From Bdellovibrionia bacterium (GTDB taxonomy: Bacteria; Bdellovibrionota; UBA1018), in contig JBJMMA010000201.1 in NCBI GenBank assembly GCA_045805065.1, forward strand, positions 1 through 55,840: a stretch of DNA of 55,840 bases. The letters run 5' to 3'. The notes beneath the pieces were generated by a model. That model was not told the origin of the DNA. It was given only the letters and a program-made list of their open reading frames with translations, and did no database searches. The number at the start of each line of letters is the position of its first letter. The stretch's first letter is position 1. Shown one piece after another: positions 20,087 through 29,803 of the stretch. Position numbers and translations under genes: made by a program.

Positions 20087-20102
20087 AGCAAGGGCAATGC
20101 CA
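20087..20102 (-). promoter_or_regulatory. Putative sigma54 promoter of the lipoprotein gene
   Basis: Minus strand TGGCATTGCCCTTGCT, close to consensus TGGCAC-N5-TTGCW. Confidence 0.7.
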
Positions 20103-20223
20103 GGCGTCTTTTGTGGTTAAATTGTGTTTAATTGGTTTAGAAGACGGAGATCTGTCTAAGAACTGGACAGATGTTCAACCTCGAACAGCCTCGTCGGTGC
20201 CGTGTTTGCATCACTCTCATGTC

Positions 20224-20559
20224 ATGCGAAGAAAGAAACTGACATCGAATGGTAGGCGCAAGGTGAGTGGACGGGATGATAAGCGTTGGTCTGGCCGCGT
20301 GACGAAAGAGAGCGATGCTCTAGACCTCGAGCAGGGGGCTTTTAACAAAAGGTCGCCTCGAGCTGTCGCACTCTCCCTCAAACGATCAGCGGATACAAGC
20401 AATCGACGAAAGGCGGAGCCGTTCCGATCGGCTATGTCGATGCTGAACTTTTATATTAATCGAGGAGGGAAAAATCTTCCCCCTTCGAGGAAGAAAATTC
20501 TGAACGAAGCTAAGGATGAGTTGAGAACACTTTATGGCCGTACTCGGAAAGCCAAGTAG
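20224..20559 (+). CDS. DUF3175-family basic protein
   Basis: WS..VT..SDALDLE.G.F, SLKRSA..S.RRK..PFRSAMSMLNFYINR.GKNL motifs; ATG 20224. Confidence 0.85.
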   Translation: MRRKKLTSNGRRKVSGRDDKRWSGRVTKESDALDLEQGAFNKRSPRAVALSLKRSADTSNRRKAEPFRSAMSMLNFYINRGGKNLPPSRKKILNEAKDELRTLYGRTRKAK

Positions 20560-20628
20560 ACACAGGCCGGTTGCTGGCATAAAATCTGGAAAGATTTTAA
20601 TTCCAAACATCGAAAGGAATCCGACTTT

Positions 20629-21036
20629 ATGAAAAAGTTTTCCACGATCCTCTCCGTATTTGCCTTGTTGGCTTTTTCTAGCGCAACCGCACATGCCGCA
20701 GCCGACGCATCCGAGTGCAACAAGGAGTCACATTACCCACTGATCACTAAGTCTGAGCTCAAGCAGGTGGTCGAGAGCAAGTCGGCAACGATTTTCGACG
20801 TAAATAGCAAAGACAGCTATGAGTCCACGCATGTGCCTGGCGCAGTCCACTTTGGAAGCCATGAGTCGGACTTCGCCAAGATGCTCCCGAAGGACAAGGG
20901 TGCGATGATTGTGGCTTACTGCGGCGGCCCAAGCTGCACCGCATGGAAAATGGCCGCAAAGGAAGCATGTAAGCTCGGCTACACCAATATCCGCCATTTC
21001 AAAGAAGGCATCAAAGGCTGGAACGAATCGAAGTAA
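20629..21036 (+). CDS. Exported rhodanese-like protein
   Basis: Signal peptide, FDVN...Y...HVPGA, active-site loop YCGGPSC. Confidence 0.88.
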   Translation: MKKFSTILSVFALLAFSSATAHAAADASECNKESHYPLITKSELKQVVESKSATIFDVNSKDSYESTHVPGAVHFGSHESDFAKMLPKDKGAMIVAYCGGPSCTAWKMAAKEACKLGYTNIRHFKEGIKGWNESK

Positions 21037-21066
21037 TCCGGCAACTCACGCCTTAGGAAACGATTG

Positions 21067-21101
21067 ACCCTCGCGCTGCATCACGCAGGCGAGGGTTTTT
21101 C
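21067..21101 (+). terminator. Intrinsic terminator
   Basis: ACCCTCGC..TGC-loop-GCAGGCGAGGGT followed by a T run. Confidence 0.75.
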
Positions 21102-21172
21102 ATTTTATGTCTAAGAGCGTTCAACGCTCAGAGGCGTGACAAATAAATAGGCTGGCTGGTATTACATCGACC

Positions 21173-22342
21173 ATGTTGAACATCGCCTCCAAAAAAGTCG
21201 CCTGGGTCCTGTCACTCGTCACTCTTTTCTCCTCAGGGCTTGCGCTCGCGAGCGAAGCTGAAACGAGGTCCGCTGCAGCGTCTCCACTTTTCCAATCCGA
21301 TAGTATCTTGGAAGTCACGCTGAAGACGGATCTTCCACAGCTGATCCGAGATCGTTCCAAAAACTATCACACGGCCTCCATCGAGGTTGTCGATCCTGCG
21401 GTTCGCGGACCCGGACTTAAAATGAAGGTCTCAACTCGAGGAATGACCAGTCTCAGGACATGCGCGTTTCCGCATCTTCGTCTTAAGTTTGATACGGCGA
21501 CCACGCAAAACACGATCCTAAGAAATCTGGAGAAGGTCAAGATTGTGGGCCACTGCAATAATCCTGATCTGGGCGACTCAAAGGCGAACGAGCAGAAGGA
21601 AGTCTTCTTACAGTACGCTCTTTACAAGATGTATAATGTTCTCACCGACTACAGCATGCGTGTTCGCCTGGCCCGCATGCATTACGAGGATACAAGCGGA
21701 AGGATGTCGCCGATCACCAAATACGCGTTCTTCATCGAGCCGGAAGAAAGCGTTGCTGCACGCTTCGGAGCAAAGGCCTGGGACCGGGAAGAACTGAACA
21801 ATCAAGGCTACTCGTCCAGTAATCTCAACGCGACTTACGCAGGAATGGACGAGGCTTACCAATTCCTGATTGGAAACGGAGACTGGCGTCTTTTACGCGG
21901 AAACACCATCAGCATCCTGAACTCTATCGTGATCTCAGGGCAGAATATCGGATTCCTTGCGATGCCTTTTGACATGGATCGGGGTGGAATGGTGAATGGA
22001 AGCTTCGCTTTTCACAGCATCTATTCGGATGGTGGGACTTTCCCGATTGTCGGAGACGACGTAGGGACGATCCGAAGCATTTACACCCAGTACTATCAAG
22101 GCCGAAAAATGTATAAGTATGCGTTCGAACGATTCAGGGAAAAGCGCACGGAGATGTATGCCGTATATGATCGTCTCAGTTCTCTGATTGATCCACATTA
22201 TCGAAACCGTACGATTGGTCACCTGGATCGATTCTTTCAGGCGATTGGTACCCGTGAGGGAGCCGAGATTGATGCGACAACGCCTTATGATGAGTCGGTA
22301 CCTCTCGATGAGGCTGTGCCGATGGAAGGCTCCGAGCCCTAA
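21173..22342 (+). CDS. Secreted protein, probable CotH-like atypical kinase fold
   Basis: Signal peptide; STRG..S...C.FP.LRLKF, QFLIGNGDW, ILN, PFDMD pattern. Confidence 0.6.
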   Translation: MLNIASKKVAWVLSLVTLFSSGLALASEAETRSAAASPLFQSDSILEVTLKTDLPQLIRDRSKNYHTASIEVVDPAVRGPGLKMKVSTRGMTSLRTCAFPHLRLKFDTATTQNTILRNLEKVKIVGHCNNPDLGDSKANEQKEVFLQYALYKMYNVLTDYSMRVRLARMHYEDTSGRMSPITKYAFFIEPEESVAARFGAKAWDREELNNQGYSSSNLNATYAGMDEAYQFLIGNGDWRLLRGNTISILNSIVISGQNIGFLAMPFDMDRGGMVNGSFAFHSIYSDGGTFPIVGDDVGTIRSIYTQYYQGRKMYKYAFERFREKRTEMYAVYDRLSSLIDPHYRNRTIGHLDRFFQAIGTREGAEIDATTPYDESVPLDEAVPMEGSEP

Positions 22343-22401
22343 TGCGCAAGTTGCGCAGGCCGCGATGATGTGAGAAAGTCGCGGCCTCAGGAGGCTCCTC
22401 G

Positions 22402-22692
22402 ATGTTTGTCATTTTAATCCGCTATTTGAAGTCATTGTCTGAAATCGAAAAAGTCGTGGATTCGCATCGCGCATTTCTGGATCGCTATTATCAATCAGGT
22501 CATCTGATTGCTTCTGGGCCTCAAGTGCCGCGATCTGGCGGAGTGATTTTGGCCAAGGCAAGCTCGCGCGAAGAGCTTGTTAAAATCTTCTCTGAAGACC
22601 CGTTTGTGAATCAGGGCCTTGCCGAATATCAGTATATCGAATTTGTACCGGTCAAAAAAACGGCAGCTTTTGATTCGATCCTGACCGGATGA
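22402..22692 (+). CDS. YciI-family protein
   Basis: H..FL, ASGP...GGVI, EDPF motifs. Confidence 0.88.
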   Translation: MFVILIRYLKSLSEIEKVVDSHRAFLDRYYQSGHLIASGPQVPRSGGVILAKASSREELVKIFSEDPFVNQGLAEYQYIEFVPVKKTAAFDSILTG

Positions 22693-23630
22693 TCTACACG
22701 ATCACCCCAAATCCAGCGCTTGATACCTGCGGGGTGGTGGATCGCCTTGTCCCTGACGAGAAGAACTATGTCAGCGCAGTTACGAACTTTCCTGGTGGCA
22801 ACGGAGTAAATGTTGCTCGTGTTTTGACTCGGTTAAAAGTCGAGTGCGTGGCTTCTGGATTTTTAGGTGGATCGATCGGGGAAGAGCTTTTCGGAGCATT
22901 GAGACGAGAGAAGGTTCAGTGTGATTTTGTTGAGATTGAGGGACATACGCGAATGAGTGTGACGGTGACTCAATCTAAAACCGGCTGTCAGACGCGGTTG
23001 AGTTTTCCAGGTCCCGTGATTCGCAAAAGCGAAGCACTGGCGCTTTCAAAAAAAGTCCGGAATATGGAAGCGTCCTCGATCTTGATGTGCGGCGGAAGCT
23101 TGCCTGGGAACTACTCGGTCCAGGATTTGGTAAAACTTTTGAAATTGGCAAAATCCCAGGGATTGCGGCTCGTCGTGGATTGTCCCGGGAAACTTCTAAG
23201 ACCACTCATTGAAGCGCAGCCTTCTTTGATCAAACCGAATATCGTGGAATTTCAGCAGCTCATGGGAAAGAAGCTGCATTCCGTTGAAACCCTCGCCAGG
23301 TCGGCTAAAACTCTTTTAAAGCAGGTACAGCTGGTCTGCGTATCCTCAGTAGACGGCGGCGCGCTGCTGGTGACGCAAAAGGGTACTTGGTATGGAAAGG
23401 GCAAGAGTATCAAGGCGTGCTCGACAGTAGGAGCAGGCGACTCGATGGTCGCTGGGATGATCTCGCGTATGACCTTGAACGATGACTGGGACGAGCTTGC
23501 ACCCGAGCTCTTGCGCCGGGGAATAGCAGCTGGAATGGCTACCGCATCCCAACCAACCGGATATCTGGGGCAGGCGACCGATATTCAGAAGTTCTCAGGA
23601 CAGGTGCGAATCAAACGTATTTCTTCTTAA
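22689..23630 (+). CDS. pfkB: 1-phosphofructokinase/PfkB-family hexose kinase
   Basis: TITPNPALD, GGNGVNVA, IKPN..E, STVGAGDS. Confidence 0.88.
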   Translation: MIYTITPNPALDTCGVVDRLVPDEKNYVSAVTNFPGGNGVNVARVLTRLKVECVASGFLGGSIGEELFGALRREKVQCDFVEIEGHTRMSVTVTQSKTGCQTRLSFPGPVIRKSEALALSKKVRNMEASSILMCGGSLPGNYSVQDLVKLLKLAKSQGLRLVVDCPGKLLRPLIEAQPSLIKPNIVEFQQLMGKKLHSVETLARSAKTLLKQVQLVCVSSVDGGALLVTQKGTWYGKGKSIKACSTVGAGDSMVAGMISRMTLNDDWDELAPELLRRGIAAGMATASQPTGYLGQATDIQKFSGQVRIKRISS

Positions 23631-23642
23631 AAGGAGAATCAC

Positions 23643-24662
23643 TTGAAGGTCGCAATTTTTGACACTCATGAGTTTGAGCGAAAATATTTTGAAAGTGCTA
23701 ATCAGGAAGCCAAACACGATCTGACTTTTTTTGAGATCAAACTCAATGAGGAGACCGTCAGCCTGGCATTCGGATTTGATGCGGTCTGCGTCTTCGTCAA
23801 TGACCGCCTGAATGAAGAGGTCATTCGCGCACTTCAGGTCGGAAGCGTAAAGCTCATTGCGCTTCGCTCCACGGGTTTCAATAATGTTGATCTGGATGCG
23901 GCTCATAGGTACCACATTCCCGTGGTTCGGGTTCCGGAGTATTCGCCTTATGCTGTGGCTGAACACGCAACAGCGTTGATCCTGAGCTTGGATCGAAAGA
24001 TCCATCGGGCGCATCAAAGAGTGAGAGAAGGGAACTTCTCATTGAATGGCCTTGTTGGATTTGATCTCCATGGAAAAACCGTTGGAATAGTTGGGACGGG
24101 TCGCATCGGTACCGTCATGGCTCGGATCATGAGCGGATTCGGGTGCCGGATTTTAGCAACAGACCTGAAGCCCAATGAAGACGTGAAAGGGCTACCCAAT
24201 ACGGAATACGTTGATCTGCAGAGGATCTATCAGGAGTCAGACATCATCACGCTGCATGTTCCTTTAACTCCAAAGACTCGCCACCTATTGAATGACCAGA
24301 GCTTCTCGATGATGAAAGACGGCGTAATCGTGATTAATACCGGCCGCGGAGCGCTCATTGAGACACAGGCATTGATTCGAGCGTTAAAGCAGGGAAAGGT
24401 CGGATTTGCCGGCCTTGATGTCTACGAGGAAGAGGATAAGATCTTTTTCAAAGATCTATCCGAGCTGGTCCTGCAAGACGATTGCATTGCGCGCCTTCTG
24501 ACCTTTCCAAATGTATTAATTACTTCGCACCAGGGTTTCTTGACCCGGGAAGCACTTCAAAACATCGCAAGAACGACACTTGAGAGCATAACGGCGTTTG
24601 AGCAGGGTCGAACGCTGGAAAACGAGGTTTTCTCAAAGGACGTGTTAAAAGACGTCGCTTGA
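23643..24662 (+). CDS. ldhA: Fermentative NAD-dependent D-lactate dehydrogenase
   Basis: VCVFVND, RVPEYSPYAVAEH, GTGRIG, LDVYEEE, NVLITSHQ. Confidence 0.88.
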   Translation: MKVAIFDTHEFERKYFESANQEAKHDLTFFEIKLNEETVSLAFGFDAVCVFVNDRLNEEVIRALQVGSVKLIALRSTGFNNVDLDAAHRYHIPVVRVPEYSPYAVAEHATALILSLDRKIHRAHQRVREGNFSLNGLVGFDLHGKTVGIVGTGRIGTVMARIMSGFGCRILATDLKPNEDVKGLPNTEYVDLQRIYQESDIITLHVPLTPKTRHLLNDQSFSMMKDGVIVINTGRGALIETQALIRALKQGKVGFAGLDVYEEEDKIFFKDLSELVLQDDCIARLLTFPNVLITSHQGFLTREALQNIARTTLESITAFEQGRTLENEVFSKDVLKDVA

Positions 24663-24663
24663 T

Positions 24664-26007
24664 CTAGATCTGCTTGCCGAGTTTTGTGAGCAGATCGAGA
24701 GAGAAACGGCGATTCTCAAGTTCCCGTTCGAAAAACTCTTTCCTGAATTGGGCTTTGTCGACTCGAGCTTGTCCCAGACGAAGTGACGTGGATTGATCGA
24801 TGATTTCAGCGATCTGAATCAGCTCAGCGATTTTAGGGACTTTGGTTCCCATGAGCTTTTTCGGGAATCCGTTTCCATCCACGCGCTCATGAGAGCAGGC
24901 GATGATGTTGCGAACATCCTGCGAAATCGGAAGCTTTCTGTCGAGCACGACTTCGATGCTGATCGAAGGATGCTTCTCGTACTCATCTCGCTCGGAAGCG
25001 GTCAGGGATGCGATCTCTTTGTTTCGCAGCTTTCGGGTGATCTTGGGATCCAGATAAATAATGCCAAGGTCCGACAGGAGGGCAGCCAGCATGACGTCGT
25101 CCAATGGACCGACATCGGCCTGAAGAGAGAACAGGGCTGCGTAAGCTGCGATGGCAGGTGCGCGCTCGACTGAGCCAAAGGTTCCGATGGATGAGTTATT
25201 GATAATGTTCCAAGCATCGTCAAAGCCGCCGAGTGAGGCGACCATGGATTGCGCGACCTCGATGGTTTGCTTCAAGAAGTCCTGTCCCTGCTTGTAGGAA
25301 GCGTGCTCACCCCGATTAGTGAGGTGATAGACCAGATCAACGTAACTTGAAGCCAGCGAGAGGAATTGGGCGCGACAACGGCGCGATAGTCCTGCAGCGC
25401 TTCGATCCGTATGTTCGTTCGTGTACTTGCTGAAAGCTGCAGCATCTTTTTGGCGGATATACATCTCGCCCACGGACGCGCACTTGCTGATTTTAGCGTC
25501 ATCCAAAACGTCGCCCGCATGTCGGCTGATCAGAAATTTCCCCCGCATCGGCAGCAGATGAAAGAGGTCAAAAGTGATCTCCGCGCCAGGAGTCAGCTCA
25601 GAGGCTTTGATAGGGATGTAGGCCGAGCTGAGTGTCTGGCTGCAGATAAAGTGAATCTTGCTGGAGCGGATGGCCTCGTCTTCAAGAACAACGACATCTG
25701 CGCCTGACTTTTTCAGAAAGGACGCGGTTTCGGGTTCCAGCGTCTTTTCAACGACACAGATAATGAAGCACTCGGTGAAAATCTGGCGGACGACCTGAAC
25801 CTGCCCGGCGATGTCGTTCTTGTTCTTTACTGCGACGGCGGAAAGGATCGCGATCCGAGGTTCTTTTTTAGGGCGTTCCGATTCGAAAAGAGTGTCGATG
25901 TCTTTCCATTCTTGAAAAGGATAACCAAAGTCGGCTTTAAGAGCTTCACAGACCTTCCGAAGCTCATCATTGGGTGCGATGACAAAGATGTCAGCCTGCT
26001 GATCCAT
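24664..26007 (-). CDS. Degenerate HD-GYP domain protein with a receiver-like N-terminus
   Basis: HERVDGNGFP retained, but HD replaced by SD (LLSDLG). Confidence 0.8.
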   Translation of the reverse strand: MDQQADIFVIAPNDELRKVCEALKADFGYPFQEWKDIDTLFESERPKKEPRIAILSAVAVKNKNDIAGQVQVVRQIFTECFIICVVEKTLEPETASFLKKSGADVVVLEDEAIRSSKIHFICSQTLSSAYIPIKASELTPGAEITFDLFHLLPMRGKFLISRHAGDVLDDAKISKCASVGEMYIRQKDAAAFSKYTNEHTDRSAAGLSRRCRAQFLSLASSYVDLVYHLTNRGEHASYKQGQDFLKQTIEVAQSMVASLGGFDDAWNIINNSSIGTFGSVERAPAIAAYAALFSLQADVGPLDDVMLAALLSDLGIIYLDPKITRKLRNKEIASLTASERDEYEKHPSISIEVVLDRKLPISQDVRNIIACSHERVDGNGFPKKLMGTKVPKIAELIQIAEIIDQSTSLRLGQARVDKAQFRKEFFERELENRRFSLDLLTKLGKQI

Positions 26008-26189
26008 ATATTCATTGAATACGTACTCCCGAACTTTAGCAAGAAAAGTGGCGCAAAAACCGCTATATGCGTTATGAAGTTATAGATTAGCAGTGTCATT
26101 TGTGAAGGAAGTGCGAAGGCGCTATAAGATGATAGAGCTTAAAAGATTTGCAGACCGGGCGACTGGTCTGAAAATAGGGGGAGATTCAT

Positions 26190-27647
26190 ATGTCATCTGA
26201 AAAAGATGTAACCGGTAAAATTGTCATTATTGATGACGACGGTGAAATGCGCGCGCTTTTAAGCGACTTCCTGAGCAAGCAAGGTTACGAAGTCGCTACT
26301 TTCAAGCTGGCGACTGAAGCATTGACGGCACTCTCCCCAAACGGTGAATTCGCCCGAGGCACCGAAAAAGGTGACCTGGATCTGATCCTTTCCGACATTA
26401 AAATGCCTGAAATGGACGGCTTAGAGTTTACTGCAAAGGTCCGAAACCTGAGACCCGAGCTCCCCGTGATTCTGATGACAGCCTTTGGGAGTATCGAGAC
26501 GGCCATCGAGGCAATGAAGCGCGGCGCGTATCATTATATTGTTAAGCCATTTAAATTGGCCGAAGTGGACGTCAGTGTGCGGCGCGCTCTGGAGCATCGC
26601 GCCCTTCAACGCGAAAATGTCGTCTTAAGGCAAGAGCTCAAGCAGAACTGGGCCTTTGGCGGTGTGATTGGAAAAAGCTCTGGAATGAAGGCCGTATTTG
26701 ACCTCGTTCAAAGGGTTTCTCAGGCGACGGCCAATGTTCTTATTACGGGGGAGAGCGGAACCGGTAAGGAAATGGTTGCGCGAGCGATTCATGAAAATGG
26801 CGTGCGCGCCAAAAAGCCTTTCATCGCGATCAACTGCACAGCAATTCCGGATACTCTTCTTGAAAGCGAATTGTTTGGTCATGCAAAGGGCTCGTTCACG
26901 GGAGCGATTCAGCGGAAGCGCGGTCTTTTCGAGGAAGCCAGCGGAGGAACTCTGTTTCTGGACGAAATCGGCGACCTGGACGTTACGCTTCAAGCAAAGC
27001 TTCTGCGCGTGATTCAGGAAAAGAAGGTTCGAGCCGTCGGCGAGAACATTGCGCGTGATGTGGATGTGCGCCTTCTTGCCGCCACTCATAAGGATCTCAA
27101 GTCAGCCATGAAGGATGGGCGCTTCAGAGAAGATCTTTACTATCGCCTGAGCGTGATCCCGATCGTCATTCCGCCGCTTCGTGATCGCAAGGAAGACATT
27201 CCGCTTTTGGCCGACTACTTCCTCAAGAAGTATTCAGCCGCGAATGGAGCAAAGATTGCCGGTTTTACGAAAAAAGCCGCCGCAAAGCTCATGAGCTTGC
27301 GTTGGGAAGGCAACGTCCGTGAGCTTGAGAATGTGATTGAGCGCGCAGTTGTCCTGAGCCCCGGCCCTTACATTGATGATACCGATATCCCGTCAGGAGT
27401 GGAGCAATCGGCAGAAGAGTTCTTTGCCGGAGCCTCGACTGACTTTCCGACCGTCGAGCAATTGGAAAAGCGTTATATTCAATTGATTCTTGAGAAAACG
27501 GGTGGACGCAAAGACAAGGCCGCGCAAATTCTCGGGATGAACCGCAGAACGCTCTATCGTAAGGAGCGCGAGTACGGGCTTCTACCGGCGGATGCTCCGC
27601 CAGAAGAAGCCGTGTCCTCAGTCTCTGAGAACCCAGACGAGACTTGA
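26190..27647 (+). CDS. Sigma54-dependent NtrC/AtoC-family response regulator
   Basis: Receiver (IIDDD, SDIKMP, KP), GESGTGKE, GSFTGA, LFLDEIGD, FREDLYYRL, Fis-type HTH (AAQILGMNRRTLYRK). Confidence 0.95.
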   Translation: MSSEKDVTGKIVIIDDDGEMRALLSDFLSKQGYEVATFKLATEALTALSPNGEFARGTEKGDLDLILSDIKMPEMDGLEFTAKVRNLRPELPVILMTAFGSIETAIEAMKRGAYHYIVKPFKLAEVDVSVRRALEHRALQRENVVLRQELKQNWAFGGVIGKSSGMKAVFDLVQRVSQATANVLITGESGTGKEMVARAIHENGVRAKKPFIAINCTAIPDTLLESELFGHAKGSFTGAIQRKRGLFEEASGGTLFLDEIGDLDVTLQAKLLRVIQEKKVRAVGENIARDVDVRLLAATHKDLKSAMKDGRFREDLYYRLSVIPIVIPPLRDRKEDIPLLADYFLKKYSAANGAKIAGFTKKAAAKLMSLRWEGNVRELENVIERAVVLSPGPYIDDTDIPSGVEQSAEEFFAGASTDFPTVEQLEKRYIQLILEKTGGRKDKAAQILGMNRRTLYRKEREYGLLPADAPPEEAVSSVSENPDET

Positions 27648-28547
27648 AGCCTCTCGGACGATTTGCCTGCTGATGCTGCCCAGTAGCGCGGATTTGGCCG
27701 CGCCACTGCGTGCTTCAAGTGCAATCAACGAGACGTTTTCTTTAGCGGCGATCTCTCGAATCGATCCCGTAACAGAGGGCGCCGAGCTATCTAGAGAGGT
27801 CTGGACCTTCACCCCGGCACTTTCCGCGATTTTCCGGTATTCAGTCAGGAGCTGAGAACCTTTGTTACGAGCTGCGCCTAGAAATTCGTCGAGCGGCACC
27901 CAACCGCCTCCCATGAGATAAAGCCCGCTTTGAAAGACTGGATCGATCGGGCGCTCAATCGTGTGATAGATGATGAGCTCCGCATCCCATGCGAGAGCGA
28001 TATCAATCACGCGTTTCAGTGTGTCTTTTGAGCTTTTGGAGAAATCAGTTGGGAACAAAATCTTTTCGATGGGTTTTGGTTTCCAATGAGGATGGATGAC
28101 AAGCACAGGAAGCTTGGACTGAAGAAGCAGCGTCTCCGCAAAAGAGCCAACCAGGAAGCGATCCAGCCCAGACCGGCCATGCGTTCCAGTCACAATGAGA
28201 TCAGCGCCTTCATCGTGGGCATGCTGAAGGAGAGTGTCAATTACCGCTCTCAAAGAGCGGCTCTTTTGACGGATGATTTTAGGTTTTTCGACCAGGGTTC
28301 CTGCGTCTTTTAACGCATAGTCCAGGGCTTTTTTGAGCTCAGGTTCATACTGGCGATGCCAAGGATCAGAAAGCTGAATCGGGAGATTGAAGCTCTCGGG
28401 GCTAAAGACATAGACCGGCTCAATGTGAGCGTCATATCTTTCTGACAAAAGTCTCAAAAAGCCGATGATCGCTTCACGAGTCTCCTTGTGACTCTCGAAA
28501 GGATCGATTGCCCAGATTATTCTCCGCGCCTTTTTTTCATTAGCCAT
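27618..28547 (-). CDS. Tandem universal stress protein
   Basis: Two USP domains (DLIVTGTHGRSG..LVGS.AE; ILFPTDFS..S; LLGSISRQIV). Confidence 0.92.
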   Translation of the reverse strand: MANEKKARRIIWAIDPFESHKETREAIIGFLRLLSERYDAHIEPVYVFSPESFNLPIQLSDPWHRQYEPELKKALDYALKDAGTLVEKPKIIRQKSRSLRAVIDTLLQHAHDEGADLIVTGTHGRSGLDRFLVGSFAETLLLQSKLPVLVIHPHWKPKPIEKILFPTDFSKSSKDTLKRVIDIALAWDAELIIYHTIERPIDPVFQSGLYLMGGGWVPLDEFLGAARNKGSQLLTEYRKIAESAGVKVQTSLDSSAPSVTGSIREIAAKENVSLIALEARSGAAKSALLGSISRQIVREASSLVWVLRD

Positions 28548-28571
28548 TTGAGTTCCTCAACTGGCTAAAAA

Positions 28572-28587
28572 AGCAGGGAGCGTGCCA
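28572..28587 (-). promoter_or_regulatory. Putative sigma54 promoter of the USP gene
   Basis: Minus strand TGGCACGCTCCCTGCT, about 25 bp before the ATG. Confidence 0.75.
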
Positions 28588-28633
28588 GCCCTACTGCGCT
28601 TATAGGTGGGCTGGCGCAGATCGAACAAGAAGT

Positions 28634-28672
28634 TGAGACAGATGCGATTCCACGTTGGGTCAAAAAGTCCCA
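28634..28672. promoter_or_regulatory. Putative enhancer sites (TGRGACA-N3-TGTCYCA family)
   Basis: TGAGACA half-site at 28634-28640 and TGGGTCA-AAA-AGTCCCA at 28656-28672. Confidence 0.6.
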
Positions 28673-28693
28673 AACGCGGTTTGCTTCAAGAGG

Positions 28694-29800
28694 CTATGCT
28701 TTTGGAACAATCAGATGAAAGATCGTGCCTTTGCCTTCTTGGCTTTCAACGGACATTGAGCCGCCCCAGGATTGAATCATCCAATAAGACGTCGCAAGTC
28801 CCAGGCCTGTTCCCACACCAATGTCTTTGGTCGTAAAGAACGGTCTGAAGAGCTTGGCTTGATTTTCCTTGGAAATGCCACTGCCCGTGTCTTCAACGCT
28901 AATGGACCACTGCGCTCCGAGATCCAGAGCGCTGATCCTAATCATGTGGCCATCCGCTCTGCCTTTTTTCTTTGCTTCGACAATCGCATGGACGGAGTTC
29001 ACTACGAGATTCAGTAGAATCTGATGGAGCTTGTCTGAAGTTGCGCGAATACGCGGAGAAACGGCTAACTGTCCGATCGTGTTTTCGATCCGGATGTCGT
29101 GTTTCTTGAGTTCATGGTTCATCAGCTCAAGAATGTCTTGAACGGCAGGTGCAACCTCGATTGCAGAGACCTGAGCGGTTTCGTCACCGCGGGCAAGATT
29201 GAGAAGCGAGCGGATCAAACCAGAAACGCGATCAATCTGAGAGACGATGATGCCGACGTTCTTTTTTACTTCCGCGTTGTCTTCGACCTGCATGGACAGA
29301 TATTCTGCGCGACCGCGGATCACGCCAAGTGGGGTTCCAATCTCATGAGCCAGGCTGGATGCCAGCAGGCCAATCGAGGCCATGCGATCCTGAGTGATGG
29401 CCTGGGTCTGCATTTGGGCGCGATAAGTGGCATAACGGATCGCGCGCTCAAGAAGATGCGTGCTGAGCTCGCCTTTCAAAAGATAATCCGCGGCGCCCAC
29501 GCGCATGGCTTCCTGGTCAACTTCGTGATCGCCATAACCCGTAAGCAAAATGACCGGAGTGCGATCGCCACGCGCGATCAGTTCCTTGAGAAGGTCCAGG
29601 CCTGTCACAGCGCCTAAGCGATAATCGATAATATAGACGTCAAAAGTCTGCTGACTGATTTTCTGGAAGGCCTCGTCGGGTGAGGAGGCTGCTGAAAAGT
29701 CAAAACGTGAAGTGCGGACTTCTGCCAGGTAATCCCTAATGACGAAGATATCGTCATCATCATCGTCAACCAGCAGGACTCGGAAGGAAGATTTAGGCAT
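28694..29800 (-). CDS. Receiver-histidine kinase hybrid (NtrB-like kinase core)
   Basis: Receiver (VDDDDDD, IDYRL) plus LAHEIGTPL, NLVVNS, DTGSG, FFTTK, GTGLGL. Confidence 0.92.
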   Translation of the reverse strand: MPKSSFRVLLVDDDDDDIFVIRDYLAEVRTSRFDFSAASSPDEAFQKISQQTFDVYIIDYRLGAVTGLDLLKELIARGDRTPVILLTGYGDHEVDQEAMRVGAADYLLKGELSTHLLERAIRYATYRAQMQTQAITQDRMASIGLLASSLAHEIGTPLGVIRGRAEYLSMQVEDNAEVKKNVGIIVSQIDRVSGLIRSLLNLARGDETAQVSAIEVAPAVQDILELMNHELKKHDIRIENTIGQLAVSPRIRATSDKLHQILLNLVVNSVHAIVEAKKKGRADGHMIRISALDLGAQWSISVEDTGSGISKENQAKLFRPFFTTKDIGVGTGLGLATSYWMIQSWGGSMSVESQEGKGTIFHLIVPKA

Positions 29801-29803
29801 GGC

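Noticed and set aside
20575-20590. Sigma54-like TGGCATAAAATCTGGA before the rhodanese gene
   Set aside because: The -12 element is GG rather than GC.
26049-26064. Sigma54-like TGGCGCAAAAACCGCT before the NtrC gene
   Set aside because: Spacing is right but the -12 context is poor and no enhancer motif was seen.
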